Assembly: GCA_030390025.1 (NCBI GenBank) | Contig: CM059427.1 | Location: 208,196,001-208,260,000, forward strand | DNA length: 64,000 nt | Reading direction: 5' to 3' | Origin: Squalus acanthias | Taxonomy: Eukaryota | Shown: positions 38,116 to 49,795 of the stretch, one piece after another | Numbering within the stretch: the first letter of the stretch is position 1 | Layout: each line of letters opens with the position of its first letter | The notes under the pieces: generated by a model | What the model was told of the DNA's origin: nothing | The model's input: the letters and a program-made list of their open reading frames with translations, nothing else | Database searches by the model: none | Position numbers and translations under genes: made by a program

Positions 38116-40379
38116 CCCTGCAGTTATTCTGAACTGCTTCTTCTGAATGTCACAAACTGGTTTACTGATTTCATTTCCGAGGCGCCTCCTCAACCGCAAT
38201 GTCAACTGTTCAAGTTTCTCACAGATACAAGTTTCTTAAATAACTGAGTCAAATTACACACCCTTTAATAGAGGAGCACTAACCAGGTTTACAACCAGTC
38301 AGGAGGACTCCTGATTCTCACACTGTGAGCAGTCGCCGGGAAACAGAACAGACACAAAGGGTGCAACAATGGTACTCGCGGCAGATGGGTCTGTTCAATC
38401 TGTTAATTTCAATGAAGCTGTTTGATTTCTAATTTATTTCTTGTCAATTTTCGACCACCTCAACTCTGCACGTTCTTTGAAATTAAACTGGTATTAATGT
38501 GAAAAACTCTTCATCATCCAACAATTTCTCCCTCTCTGTCGACAATCTTGCAAACCGTGTATGATTTAATTTCCCTGAAAACAAGTGTGTCGAAATAATT
38601 CACATTCCAGGATAATTTGCTGCCCGTAACCCGGGACTCAGCGGCAGAGTAAGAATGTAACAAACCAGGAGACATTTACATTGAAAACCGATTACCCACT
38701 GATGTGGTATAATTTCATAATTAAATATAACCTATAAATTCATCGAGGGGAAACTCGAAGTTAATTCATTAAAATCTGCGGCGATACCTTCTCGAGCCGA
38801 ACACAGCTGAGAAAGAAATATATTGTTTCTTAAATGAATTTTAGACTTCATGAAAAATTCACCAACCCTTGAAATTTTGCACTAACTGTAATCCTGGCAA
38901 TTGTGAGCGGTCATTTATGTTGAATGAATTGGCACTGATGTTATATTCTAAGTTAATGTTCATGTCAGCTGATGTTACTCTGTATCATTGAAAATCATCT
39001 GTGAGCCTGTCTGGCCCTTCCTCCTCAGAGCCACCCGCACCTGGAACTGGTGTAATTAAATTAATCTGCTTGAATTTCAGTGTGTTATCTGTCATCTCCA
39101 GTCTTATTAATAAAATTAATTCAGAGTAATTTTAAACCTGTTTCTGACTGGTAACTTATGCAATATTAGGGTTTTAATTAAATTGGCATGATAATTCATC
39201 AATATTAAAATATCAAACATCATATTAATACATAAATACAATCAGACTAATATATTCATTTTACTAAAATAAAATCACATTCGAATAATTAAAAATGATC
39301 ACGAACTTCTAATCCTGTCCAGTTCTCTACCTACACCGTTTTAAACTCGTCATGATTCTGATCTCTCTGATCTAACATAACTCCGTCTATTCTCATCGTG
39401 TAGTTCACATTATGGATTTAGGAGTGGACTTTTTTAAATAGTTCAATGTCCGGCCGGGGTCACATCTCACTAACTGCCGATGGGCTGAAACACCGCCTGT
39501 TAACTAAAGCTGAATTCTCGAGTTAAAATATTGTCCTCAATCGTAAACATAAAAAAATGTGTATTAATTAAAAAACACCCGGGCAGTTTGCAGTCAGTAA
39601 CAGAGCCTCCGCTGATAACTAACACAAACAATCTTTTATATTTTTTCTCCCGTAATTCACACTATGCCAGTAAATTAATTATGAAATATAGTCTGCTATT
39701 TATTGAAAATAAGTTCCAGAATGATCAGTGTAAAACTGGACGAGAACAATTCATTCAGACCATCTGCGGCACTGATACTTCATGAGCAAATGGAGGAGAG
39801 ACTTTGTTCATCAAATTAATGATTGATAAGAATTAAACATAACCCGCGGATATAATCTGTCTTTTGTCTATTGCTCTGTCCCGTATACAGCAGAGCTCTG
39901 GGAGACAGGATGTTGTTTTAAATTCAAAATAATATGAACCTTTTGTAATTAAATTAATCTGAATGAATTTCAATGGGTTATTTGTCTGTCTTCAGCCTTA
40001 CACAGTCTGAACCTTCCTTCAATTAAAATAGAATGACATGAACAATTATTTGACTGCCAGCGACTTCAGTGTCTCAGCCTTTGAATTTGCTGTTTAGTTT
40101 AGTAACAATTATTTCGCTATCAAACAAACAATAATATTGAAGGACTAACAAATTTTCGGCTGCACAGTATGAATTTAATAACTCGCCAGATATATTAAAT
40201 TGTCAAACTGCAATTTATAACACGGATTTAAGTTGTATTTAAATTCAACCCGTTATTCATCTGTGTAAATCATAGGGTAACAAGTAATTAAAACCCCGAA
40301 TCATACTGAACACAACGGTGGAATCAGTATGTTGTTATTGAAATAATTGCAGGCAAAATTAAAAACACTCTCCCGCCTC

Positions 40380-43300
40380 TAAAATTTTCCGCTCACGGTA
40401 AAATTTTCCGCTCACAGAGGCGGCGGACCTGGGTGGAGCGCCTGCGGCCAGGCGGCGGCTGTAAAAGAGGCGGCGGCGACCAGGCAGGCTTACCAATCTG
40501 AGCTCCTGGAGCGGGAGAGAGAGAATTAAAAAATAATCAAAGTGTTACGTCTCAGAAAGCAGGTAAGTGATTGGTTGGTGAGTATTTATCTTTTTCTCCT
40601 TTTTTCCATACTTAAATTCTGTGGTTTATAGTTTCTAGAGTCTCTGCGGTGTAGCGGGGACTGCTGTTAAGGAAGGGCCCTTGAGTATATCATTTAATTG
40701 AAGTGAAATTGGTGGGATTCAATTAGTTTAATTTTAATTAATTAATTAAAGGGTAAGTCATGGCAGGAGAGCTCGGAGGCGTGACATGCTCTTCCTGCTA
40801 TATGTGGGAAATCAGGGACGCTTCCTGTATCCCTGACGACCATGTGTGTGCTGCAGCTACTGACGGACCGCATTGCGGCGCTGGAGCTGCGGATGGATGC
40901 ATATTGGAGAATTCGTGACGCTGAGAAGGTCGTGGATGTTACATTTAGCGAGTTGGTCACACCGCAGGTAAAGAATGTACAGGCAGGAAGTGAATGGGTG
41001 ATCACCAGGCAGAGTAAGAGGTGCAGGCAGGTAGTGCAGGGGTCCCCTGTGGCCATCCCCCTCTCAAACAGATATATCACTTTGGATGCTGTTGGGGGGG
41101 GATGAATTATCAGGGGAAGGCGGCAGTAGCCAACTTCCTTGCACCATGGGTGGCTCTGCTGCACAGGCTGGGAGGAAAAAGTGTGGAAGAGCTATAGTGA
41201 TAGGGGATTCAATTGTAAGGGGAATAGATAGGCGTTTCTGCGGCCGCAAACGAGACTCCAGGATGGTGTATTGCCTCCCTGGTGGAAGGGTCAAGGACGT
41301 CTCGGAACGGCTACAGAACATTTTGGAAGGGGAGGGCGAACAGCCAGTTGTCGTGGTGCACATAGGCATCAACGATATAGGTAAAAAACGGGATGAGGTC
41401 CTAAAAGCAGAATATAGGGAGTTAGGAGGTAAATTAAAATATGGGTCCTCAAAAGTAGTAATCTCAGGATTGCGACCAGTGCCACGTGCTTGTCAGAGTA
41501 GAAATAGGAGGATATTTTAAATGAATACGTGGCTAGAGGAAGTGTGCAAGGGGGAGGGATTCAAATTCCTTGGACATTGGAACCGGTTCTGGGGGAGGTG
41601 GGACCAGTACAAACGGGACGGTCTGCACCTGGGCAGGGCCGGGACCGATGTCCTAGGGGGAGTGTTTGCTAGTGCTGTTGGGGAGGGTTTAAACTAAAGT
41701 GGCAGGGTGTTGGGAACCTGAGCAGAGATACAGAGGAAAGGGAAACAAGGATAAAAGCTAAAGACAGGAAGGAGAAAAACAAAAGTAGAAGGCAAAGAAC
41801 TCAACGGTTTAAATCAAACATGGTCACAGTAAATAATAATTCATATAGGTCTGAGAGCGTTAAAAAAACAAGCCTGAAGGATTTGTGTCTCAATGCAGGG
41901 AGCAATCATAATAAGGTGGATGAATTAGCTGCGCAAATAGAGGTAAATGAATACGATTTGATTGGGATTACAGAAACATGGCTCCAGGGTGGCCAAGGCT
42001 GGGAACTCAACATCCAGGGTTATTCAATATTTAGGAAAGATAGGCAAAAGAGAAAGGGGGTGGGGTAGCATTGCTGGTTAAAGAGGGGTTTAACACAATT
42101 GAAAGGAAGGATATTAGCTCTGATGATGCAGAATCTGTATGGGTAGAACTGAGAAATAACAAGGGGCAGAAAACGTTAGTGGGAGTGGTATATAGACCTC
42201 CAAACAGTAATACGCAGGTTCGGAACGGCATTAAAAGGGAAATTAGAGAAGCATGCAGTAAGGGCACAGCAGTCATCATGGGTGACTCTAATTTACATAT
42301 AGATTGGGCTAACCAAATTAGTAAAAATACTGAGGAGGAGGAATTCCTGGAATGTTTACGAGATGGTTTTCTGGAACAATTTGTCGAGGAACCAACTAGA
42401 GATCAGGCCATCTTAGACTGGGTATTATGTAACGAGAAAGGATTAATTAGCAATCTTGTTGTACGAGGCCCCTTGGGTCAGAGTGATCATAATATGATAG
42501 AATTCTTCATTCGGATGGAGAGGGAAGTAGTTGAATCAGAGACTCGGGTCCTGAAATTAAATAAAGGAAACTACGACGGTATGAGGCGCAAATTGGATAG
42601 GATTGATTGGGGAATGTCACTCAAGGGGTTGACGGTGGATAGGCAATGGGAAATATTCAAAGACTGCATGGATGAACTACAGAATTTGTCCATCCCAGCG
42701 TGGCAAAAGAATAAAACAAAAAGGGTGACTCAACTGTGGCTAACAAGGGAAATTAGGGATAGCATACGATCCAAGGAGATGGCATATAAATTGGCCAGAA
42801 AAAGCGGTAGCCCTGAGGATTGGGAGCAGTTTAGGATTCAACAAAGGAGGACAAAGGGATTAATTTAGAAGGGGGAAATAGAATATGAAAGTAAGCTTGC
42901 TGGGAACATAAAAACTGACTGTAAGAGCTTTTATAGATATGTGAAGAGAAAAAGATTAGTGAAATCAAGTGTAGGTCTCTTGCAGTCAGAAGCGGGTGAA
43001 GTTATAATGGGGAACAAAGAAATGGCAGACCAATTAAATGCATATTTTGGTTCTGTCTTCACAAAGGAGGACACAAATAACCTCCCACAGATGTTGGAGA
43101 ACATACGGTCTGATGAAAGGGAGGAACTGAAAGAAATCAGTATTTGCAGGGAAATGGTGTTAGGGAAATTGACGGGATTGAAGGCCGAAAACTCCCCAGG
43201 GCCTGATAATGGACATCCTAGGGTACTTAAGGAAGTGGCCCTAGAAATAGTAGATGCATTGCTGATCATCTTCCAACATTGTATGGAATCTGGAACTCTG

Positions 43301-44771
43301 CCCATGGATTGGAGGGCAGCTAATGTTACCCCACTATTCAAAAAAGGTGGTAGAGAGAAAGCGGGGAACTACAGACCGGTAAGCCTGACATCGGTATTGG
43401 GGAAAATGCTTGAGTCCATTATAAAGGAGTAATAGCTGAGCATTTGAAAAACAGTGACAGGATCGGACAAAGTCAACATGGATTTACAAAAGGTAAAGCG
43501 TGCTTGACTTATCTACTGGAATTTTTTGACTATGTAACTGGGAAAATAGATAAGGGAGAACCAGTAGATGTGGTGTATTTGGACTTTCAAAAGGCTTTCG
43601 ATAAGGTTCCGCATAAGAGATAAGCGTGTAAAGTTAAGGCACATGGGATTGGGGGTAAGGTATTGACTTGGATAGAGAACAGGTTGGCGGACAGAAATCA
43701 GAGAGTAGGAATCAATGGGTATTTTTCTGACTGGCAAGCAGTGATTAGTGGGGTACCGCAGGGATCAGTCCTTGGACCCCAGCTATTCACAATATACATT
43801 AATGATCTAGATAAGGGAACTAAATGTAATATCTCCAAGTTTGCAGATGACACAAAGCTGGGTGGGAGTGTGTGCTGCGAGGAGGATACCGAGAAACTCC
43901 AGGATGATTTGTACAGGTTGGGTGAGTGGGCAGTAGCGTGGCAGATGCAATATAACGTGGATAAGTGCGAGGCTATCCACTTTGGTGTCAAAAACAGAAA
44001 GGCAGACTAATATCTGAATTGCAATAGATTGGGAGAAGGGGAAGTGCAACGACACCTGGGTGTCCTTGTGCACCAGTCGCTGAAAGTAAGCATGCAGGTG
44101 CAGCAGGCGGTGAAGAAGGCAAATGGTATGTTGGCCTTCATCGTGAAAGGGTTTGAGTATAGGAACAGGGATGTCCTGCTGCAGTTGTACAGGGCCTTGG
44201 CGAGACCACACCTTCAGTACTGTGTGCAGTTTTGGTCGCCTTATCTGAGGAAGGATGTTCTTGCTATTGAAGGAGTTCAGCGAAGATTCATAAGGCTGAT
44301 ACCTGGGATGGCAGGAATGACATATGAGGAGAGATTGGGTCGATTGGTCTGAAACTCGCTGGAGTATAGAAGAATGAGAGGGGTTCTCATCGAGACATAT
44401 GAAATTCTGACAGGTCTGGACAAACTAGATGCAGGAAGAATGTTCCCGATGGTCGGAGAGTCCAGAACCAGGGATCATAATCTAAGGATAACGGGTAAGC
44501 CATTTAGGACAGAAATGAGGAAGAATTTCTTCACCCAGAGAGTGGTGAACCTGTGGAATTCTCTACCACAGAAGGTAGTTGAGGCCAAGTCATTAAATAT
44601 ATTCAAGAATGAGTTAGATATATTTCTTAAAGTAAAGGTATCAAGGGATATGGGGAGAAGGCAGGTACAGGGTACTGAGTTTGGATGATCAGCCATGAGC
44701 TCATCGAATGGCGGAGCAGGCTCGAGGGGCCGAACGGCCTACTCCTGCTCCTATCTTCTATGTTTCTATGT
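40380..44771 (+). mobile_element. Near full-length CR1 LINE in the JH-Cmu1 intron (ORF1 esterase, ORF2 EN+RT, disrupted)
   Basis: GC-rich 5'UTR, CSSC zinc motif, IGDSIVRG/HIGIND/DGLHL, ITETWL, GVVYRPP, SDHNMI, KFADD, tail. Confidence 0.97.
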
Positions 44772-44779
44772 AATTGAGC

Positions 44780-46090
44780 CCAATGTACAGCAGGATTGTG
44801 GAAGGCGAATACTGGTTTGTATATTAATATTAATACTATTGCATATTTTAATAATATTGGGAGATATTATCGCATTATAATCGTTTGATTAATATTAATT
44901 TAATTTAACTGTAAACCTGAACACTTGCTAATTATGTAGTTCTTAATTATAGTAACAGTTCAAACATTAAATATGTGCATCGTAAACCATACATTAATAG
45001 TTGAATGCATAATTATCACTTCAATAAAAAGATACGTTAACATACCTTTCAAAAATTTTTGATTTCTAACTCCTTCCTGTTTTCCGCCTATAATCTTCTT
45101 TCCAACATTTTTAAAAACATGTAACGTTTGCATTAGATCAGAAACCTGCCGCTCGATGTCACCGAGATTAAACATTATAGAAACGCCAAACAGTTTCACA
45201 AATTCTAGGTATTCAAAGTAACCCAGACACACGCTCTCCTCAGCAGATCAGCATTAAATGACATCACTGAGGGGCTGAGTCCCTCGACAGAACCTTTCAT
45301 GGAGCAGCAGCTTAATTCTATGAACACTTTCAGCAGAATCAAATACAACATTGCCAAAATATCTCAATAGAGAATCCACCGAACCCGCCAGTCACTGAAC
45401 GAATTAATTATTGAAATAAGCAGGAATATAAAATAATGACAGCAGAATAGTGAGTAGACGGATCATGTTCAATATTTTAATATTGATATTGTAGCATATT
45501 TTAGTAATATTGGATGATATCACTACATTGAAATAATTTAAGTTATATAAATCAAATCAAAGCTGTTCCAGGCTGCAAATTTGTTAATTATGTTGATTTT
45601 AATTACAGTAACATTTCATGTATTAACTATGAGCGTTCGTGAACATTAGATTAATGGATGACATTTAGTTAGTTATCACGTTAAAATATCACAAGATTAT
45701 TTTTGAGCACTGAAGCTTTCTGTTTTCTGCCTGCAATCTTATTTCAAACACATTTAAACACAATCTTTGGTTTCGATCAGAAAACCTGCATCAATTCGAT
45801 GTCACCGAGATTAAACATTGCAGAAACGCTAAAAGGTTAAAATCCGTTAGGTATTTAAAGTTACGCAGCCACACAGTCTCATCAGCAGATAAACACCAAA
45901 TCACATCAATCAGGGGCTCAATCCTTCAACTGTATTTTCTGTGGAGAAGCTGTTTAATTCTATAATCGCTTTGCAGCAGATTCAAATGGAACATTGCAAA
46001 AAATCACAATATAGAATCCACCGAACCGAAGTTTCAGTGAACGAAATAATTGTTAAAATAAACAGAAATATCAAATAAAGACACAAGTAC
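44780..46090. repeat. Diverged ~645-bp tandem duplication just 3' of JH
   Basis: CGATGTCACCGAGATTAAACATT at ~45154 and ~45797; AGAATCCACCGAACC at ~45371 and ~46013. Confidence 0.85.
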
Positions 46091-46121
46091 AACAGTTACT
46101 TAATGAGTGCATGTTTCATAC

Positions 46122-46490
46122 CTGCAGTCACCGTCACCATGGTCCCTTGTCCCCAGCATCCCATGACCCAGTAAACCCTGCTGCTGTGGTGTCCTGTACA
46201 GTAATAGATGGCGGTGTCTTCGGTCCTCACGTTCTTCATATCCAACGCGAAGATGTTTGAAGTGTCTTTGGACGGAGTAAATCGGCTCTCAATCCCTGGA
46301 GCGCAGTTCTAGCTCGATCAACTGAGACAGCTAACCAGCCACTCCAACCCCTGTCCGGGAACATGTCGGACCCAGTGCATATAGGTGCTGCCAAGATCGA
46401 TCCCGCTGGTTTTACAGGTCAGTCTCAGGGAGCCTCCTGGACTGCCGGTCTCTGCCTCTGACTCAGTCAACACGACATCCGACTGGATAC
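46122..46490 (-). pseudogene. IGHV: Pre-joined (germline-joined) IgM VH-D-JH exon
   Basis: [121 protein letters not shown]; in frame, no RSS, 369 nt between AG and GT. Confidence 0.97.
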
Positions 46491-46617
46491 CTGTAAAAAA
46501 AATCAAAAGCCCTGAGGCTTAATCCTGGTGAAATGATTCATGACTCTGTAACATTCCGGAGAGAGACTAACACTGAGACAGTAGTAGTGAGAGACTTGGA
46601 CAATAAAAACTTCTCAC

Positions 46618-46663
46618 CGGATAAGAAAGCCAGCAACAGACTGAGAGAAATCGCACATCTCAT
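46618..46663 (-). pseudogene. IGHV: VH leader exon
   Basis: MRCAISLSLLLAFLS-G + GTGAG donor, 46 nt. Confidence 0.93.
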
Positions 46664-46707
46664 CCTCCTGGCCATTTCGGGAAATGGTTCTGGCAAGAAC
46701 TCACTGA

Positions 46708-46872
46708 GCATGTTCGCGCCCGGGTGGCCCTGGAGATGGAGCACGCGGTGTCCGCCGGCACGCTTGAGTTTTTCCGCGACCGGTGAGCGCCGCGGGGGCT
46801 GGAGTGCATCGTCACCCCGGACTACCAAATTTTAATTTGATTTGTTAAGTTTCCTTTAAAGTTTTATTTAGT
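46708..46872 (+). mobile_element. 3' end fragment of an L1/Tx1-like LINE directly upstream of VH leader
   Basis: HVRARVALEMEHAVSAGTLEFFRDR*APRGLECIVTPDYQILI* then T-rich 3'UTR; resembles Tx1-type ORF2 C-terminus (recalled, not searched). Confidence 0.55.
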
Positions 46873-47570
46873 TACAGATAATTGATTGTTTTTTTCAAAA
46901 TAGTAAGAACTGACTGATCAAACCCGCTCCCGGACTGTTGTATTGCGGTCCCAGTGATCGGCAGTTAAATACCCGGCAGATGGGGGCGGGGTTACAGGCG
47001 CCGCCTATTGATTCCCTGATAGAGGCGGCTTCTGGAGCCATGTCACATCGTCCACATCACCCATAGAATGGACTCATATCTGGACTGTAAATAAATCTCT
47101 TTATTTCCTCACTATTTACATGACGAGTGAATCTCTAAGATTAAATTACATTACCAGGGTCTAAAGAGACTGCCAGTGTGTGTTACTCCATCTCCCCGTA
47201 CCTATACCGTCACTCTCTACCAATAAAGTAACCCCTATAATATATTGCTCTCGGTCTATATAACTGAATGCGGGAATGGGTAAACTGATTCTGTTTACAA
47301 TGTGGATGGCTATAGCTACACGATTTGGGTCCAGAGATGAGTAGAAACCGCTCACATTTTACAAGTTTCCCGCATTGCATTTCTCTAACTGCCCCTGAGT
47401 TTGTGACCCTAAGACAGTCTTTTATAAAATTAGCTGTAATAAAAGTACGCTTGCGTGATAATTAAGGAGTGAGTTGACAGAGACACGTAAGAATGTAGGG
47501 CCCGCCCGCTTCAGATCAGCTTTTTAAAAGAGAAGCTGTTGAACCAGAACAGATAAAGCGATTAGATAGA

Positions 47571-47820
47571 NNNNNNNNNNNNNNNNNNNNNNNNNNNNNN
47601 NNNNNNNNNNNNNNNNNNNNNNNNNNNNNNNNNNNNNNNNNNNNNNNNNNNNNNNNNNNNNNNNNNNNNNNNNNNNNNNNNNNNNNNNNNNNNNNNNNNN
47701 NNNNNNNNNNNNNNNNNNNNNNNNNNNNNNNNNNNNNNNNNNNNNNNNNNNNNNNNNNNNNNNNNNNNNNNNNNNNNNNNNNNNNNNNNNNNNNNNNNNN
47801 NNNNNNNNNNNNNNNNNNNN
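47571..47820. other. Assembly gap
   Basis: N run. Confidence 1.
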
Positions 47821-48765
47821 AAATACTTGGAGGAACACAGTGTATCACGACCCACCGGTATGTTACAGAATATCACAAGATTAAATGCTTTATCTCCCGC
47901 TGAAAAAGATCATAAGCTGAACATTTCTCTACCCATTGGTAGCCGGGCTATGAGAGGGCTTGTTCAGGAATCCAAATAAGCACAAATTAAACTGCACAGA
48001 ACGCGGCTGCTAATCAGTAGTAAGGGTGCCTTTAGTTTAAATCAGGCGCAGAACTCTGAGATATTCAAGGAAGTGCAGCGGGTTCAAGGCAATTTCACCA
48101 CTGTTTTATTTACTTTGCGATTCCACTCATCTTATTACAGTGTGTGTCTGGGGTTATTAAAATCTCTCTCCAGCACTTCATGCAGTGCTGAATAAACGGT
48201 GAGATTTATCTCGAATTATGTTTATTTGAAAATAGTTTTAATTGAATATCATATAGATCAATTACTATATTTCTGATCCTATTTTATAATATTGTGAGAA
48301 TGCAATTTACCGAAAATCATTCTTTAGAATTTAATCTCATTTAAAATGTTTCCTTCTTTTAAGAGCGCTACTGAATAATTTAATGTTCAAAAAGTTAAAA
48401 CTCCTCTTGCTCCCATTCATATTCACATTAATCTGCCACACACAGTATTTGGCAGCAACCCAGCCGACTGCCGTTAGCGAGGCTCGAACACACAGTGTCA
48501 TTAACAGGAAGTAGCTGCGGTTTCTGTGCAGTAAATCATAGATCTGTTTCCTCACTACTGACCGCTTGGCTGAAAGCCAACTTCAAACCCTTTACATTGT
48601 CAATGAGGCCTTTTTATATACAAATCTAAGCAGCAACAGAACTGGAGTCAATTTAGTTTTAGCTCTGTAACTATCTGTAACTGTTCCCATCTTCAGGAAA
48701 GGAAATATATACAACATCTCAGACAGCATGACAGGAGCAGCATTCAGCTGGAGGATCTGTCCAGC

Positions 48766-48986
48766 NNNNNNNNNNNNNNNNNNNNNNNNNNNNNNNNNNN
48801 NNNNNNNNNNNNNNNNNNNNNNNNNNNNNNNNNNNNNNNNNNNNNNNNNNNNNNNNNNNNNNNNNNNNNNNNNNNNNNNNNNNNNNNNNNNNNNNNNNNN
48901 NNNNNNNNNNNNNNNNNNNNNNNNNNNNNNNNNNNNNNNNNNNNNNNNNNNNNNNNNNNNNNNNNNNNNNNNNNNNNNNNNNNNNN
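48766..48986. other. Assembly gap
   Basis: N run. Confidence 1.
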
Positions 48987-49344
48987 TCATCTTTGTGTTG
49001 GTCTACTATCTGACATGAAGCAGCCCGTTTACATTTGCATCAGTATGAAGCCTTCAGTTCTTCCTGATTTTCTGCATCATTTCAATCCTTATGGCATCCA
49101 TAACCAGGGGGAAGAATTTCACCTGGAGAAGCCTGAAGTTATCCATGCGATACTGATGCTCCTTCTCTGGTGATGGGGAATATTCATCTCAAAGTTATAA
49201 AGCGAACACGTGACTGTGCTGAGAAGAGATAAGTATAATATTTGGAACATGTGGTCTTTTCATATACAACAAAGGACTCAAATTTTCGTCACCCGAATTA
49301 CTTCAACCACATCGGGAACATAGCAGATCAATGGGTGCATAAAT

Positions 49345-49795
49345 GAGGCGGCGGACCTGGGTGGAGCGACAGCGGCGAGGCGGCGGCAGTAAAAGGCGGC
49401 AGTGTCCAGGTAGGCCCACAGAGGCGGCGGACCTGGGTGGAGCGACACCGTCGAGGCGGCGGCAGTAAAAGGCGGCAGTATCCAGGTAGGCCCACAGAGG
49501 CGGAGGACCTGGGTGGAGCGACAGCGGCGAGGCGGCGGCAATAAAAGGCGGCAGCGACCAGGTAGACCCACAGAGGCGATGGACCTGGGTGGAGCGACAG
49601 CGGCGAGGCGGCGGCAGTAAAAGGCGGCAGCGACCAGGTAGGCCAACAGAGGCGGCGGACCTGGGTGGAGCGAAAGCGGCGAGGCGGCGGCAATAAAAGG
49701 CAGCAGTGACCCAGGAGACCCACAGAGGCGACGGACCTGGGTGGAGCGACAGCGGCGAGGCGGCGGCAGTAAAAGGCGGTAGCGACCAGGTAGAC
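49345..49795 (+). repeat. ~76-bp GC-rich monomer array (~6 copies) in CR1 5'UTR
   Basis: GAGGCGGCGGACCTGGGTGGAGCGACAGCGGCGAGGCGGCGGCAGTAAAAGGCGGCAGCGACCAGGTAGGCCCACA. Confidence 0.93.

Noticed and set aside
46182-46192. CACAGCA in the VDJ junction as a retained VH heptamer
   Set aside because: No spacer or nonamer follows; better explained as D-derived or N sequence
48430-48765. RSS-like CACAGTG (48491) and ACAGAAACC nonamer (minus, 48527-48519) with faint V-like ASLTM translation
   Set aside because: Heptamer and nonamer are not paired at 12/23 spacing, no YYC, and a gap is adjacent
49033-49110. Octamer ATTTGCAT followed by hydrophobic leader-like text
   Set aside because: Octamer only a few nt from the ATG, needs a frameshift, no donor or V exon follows
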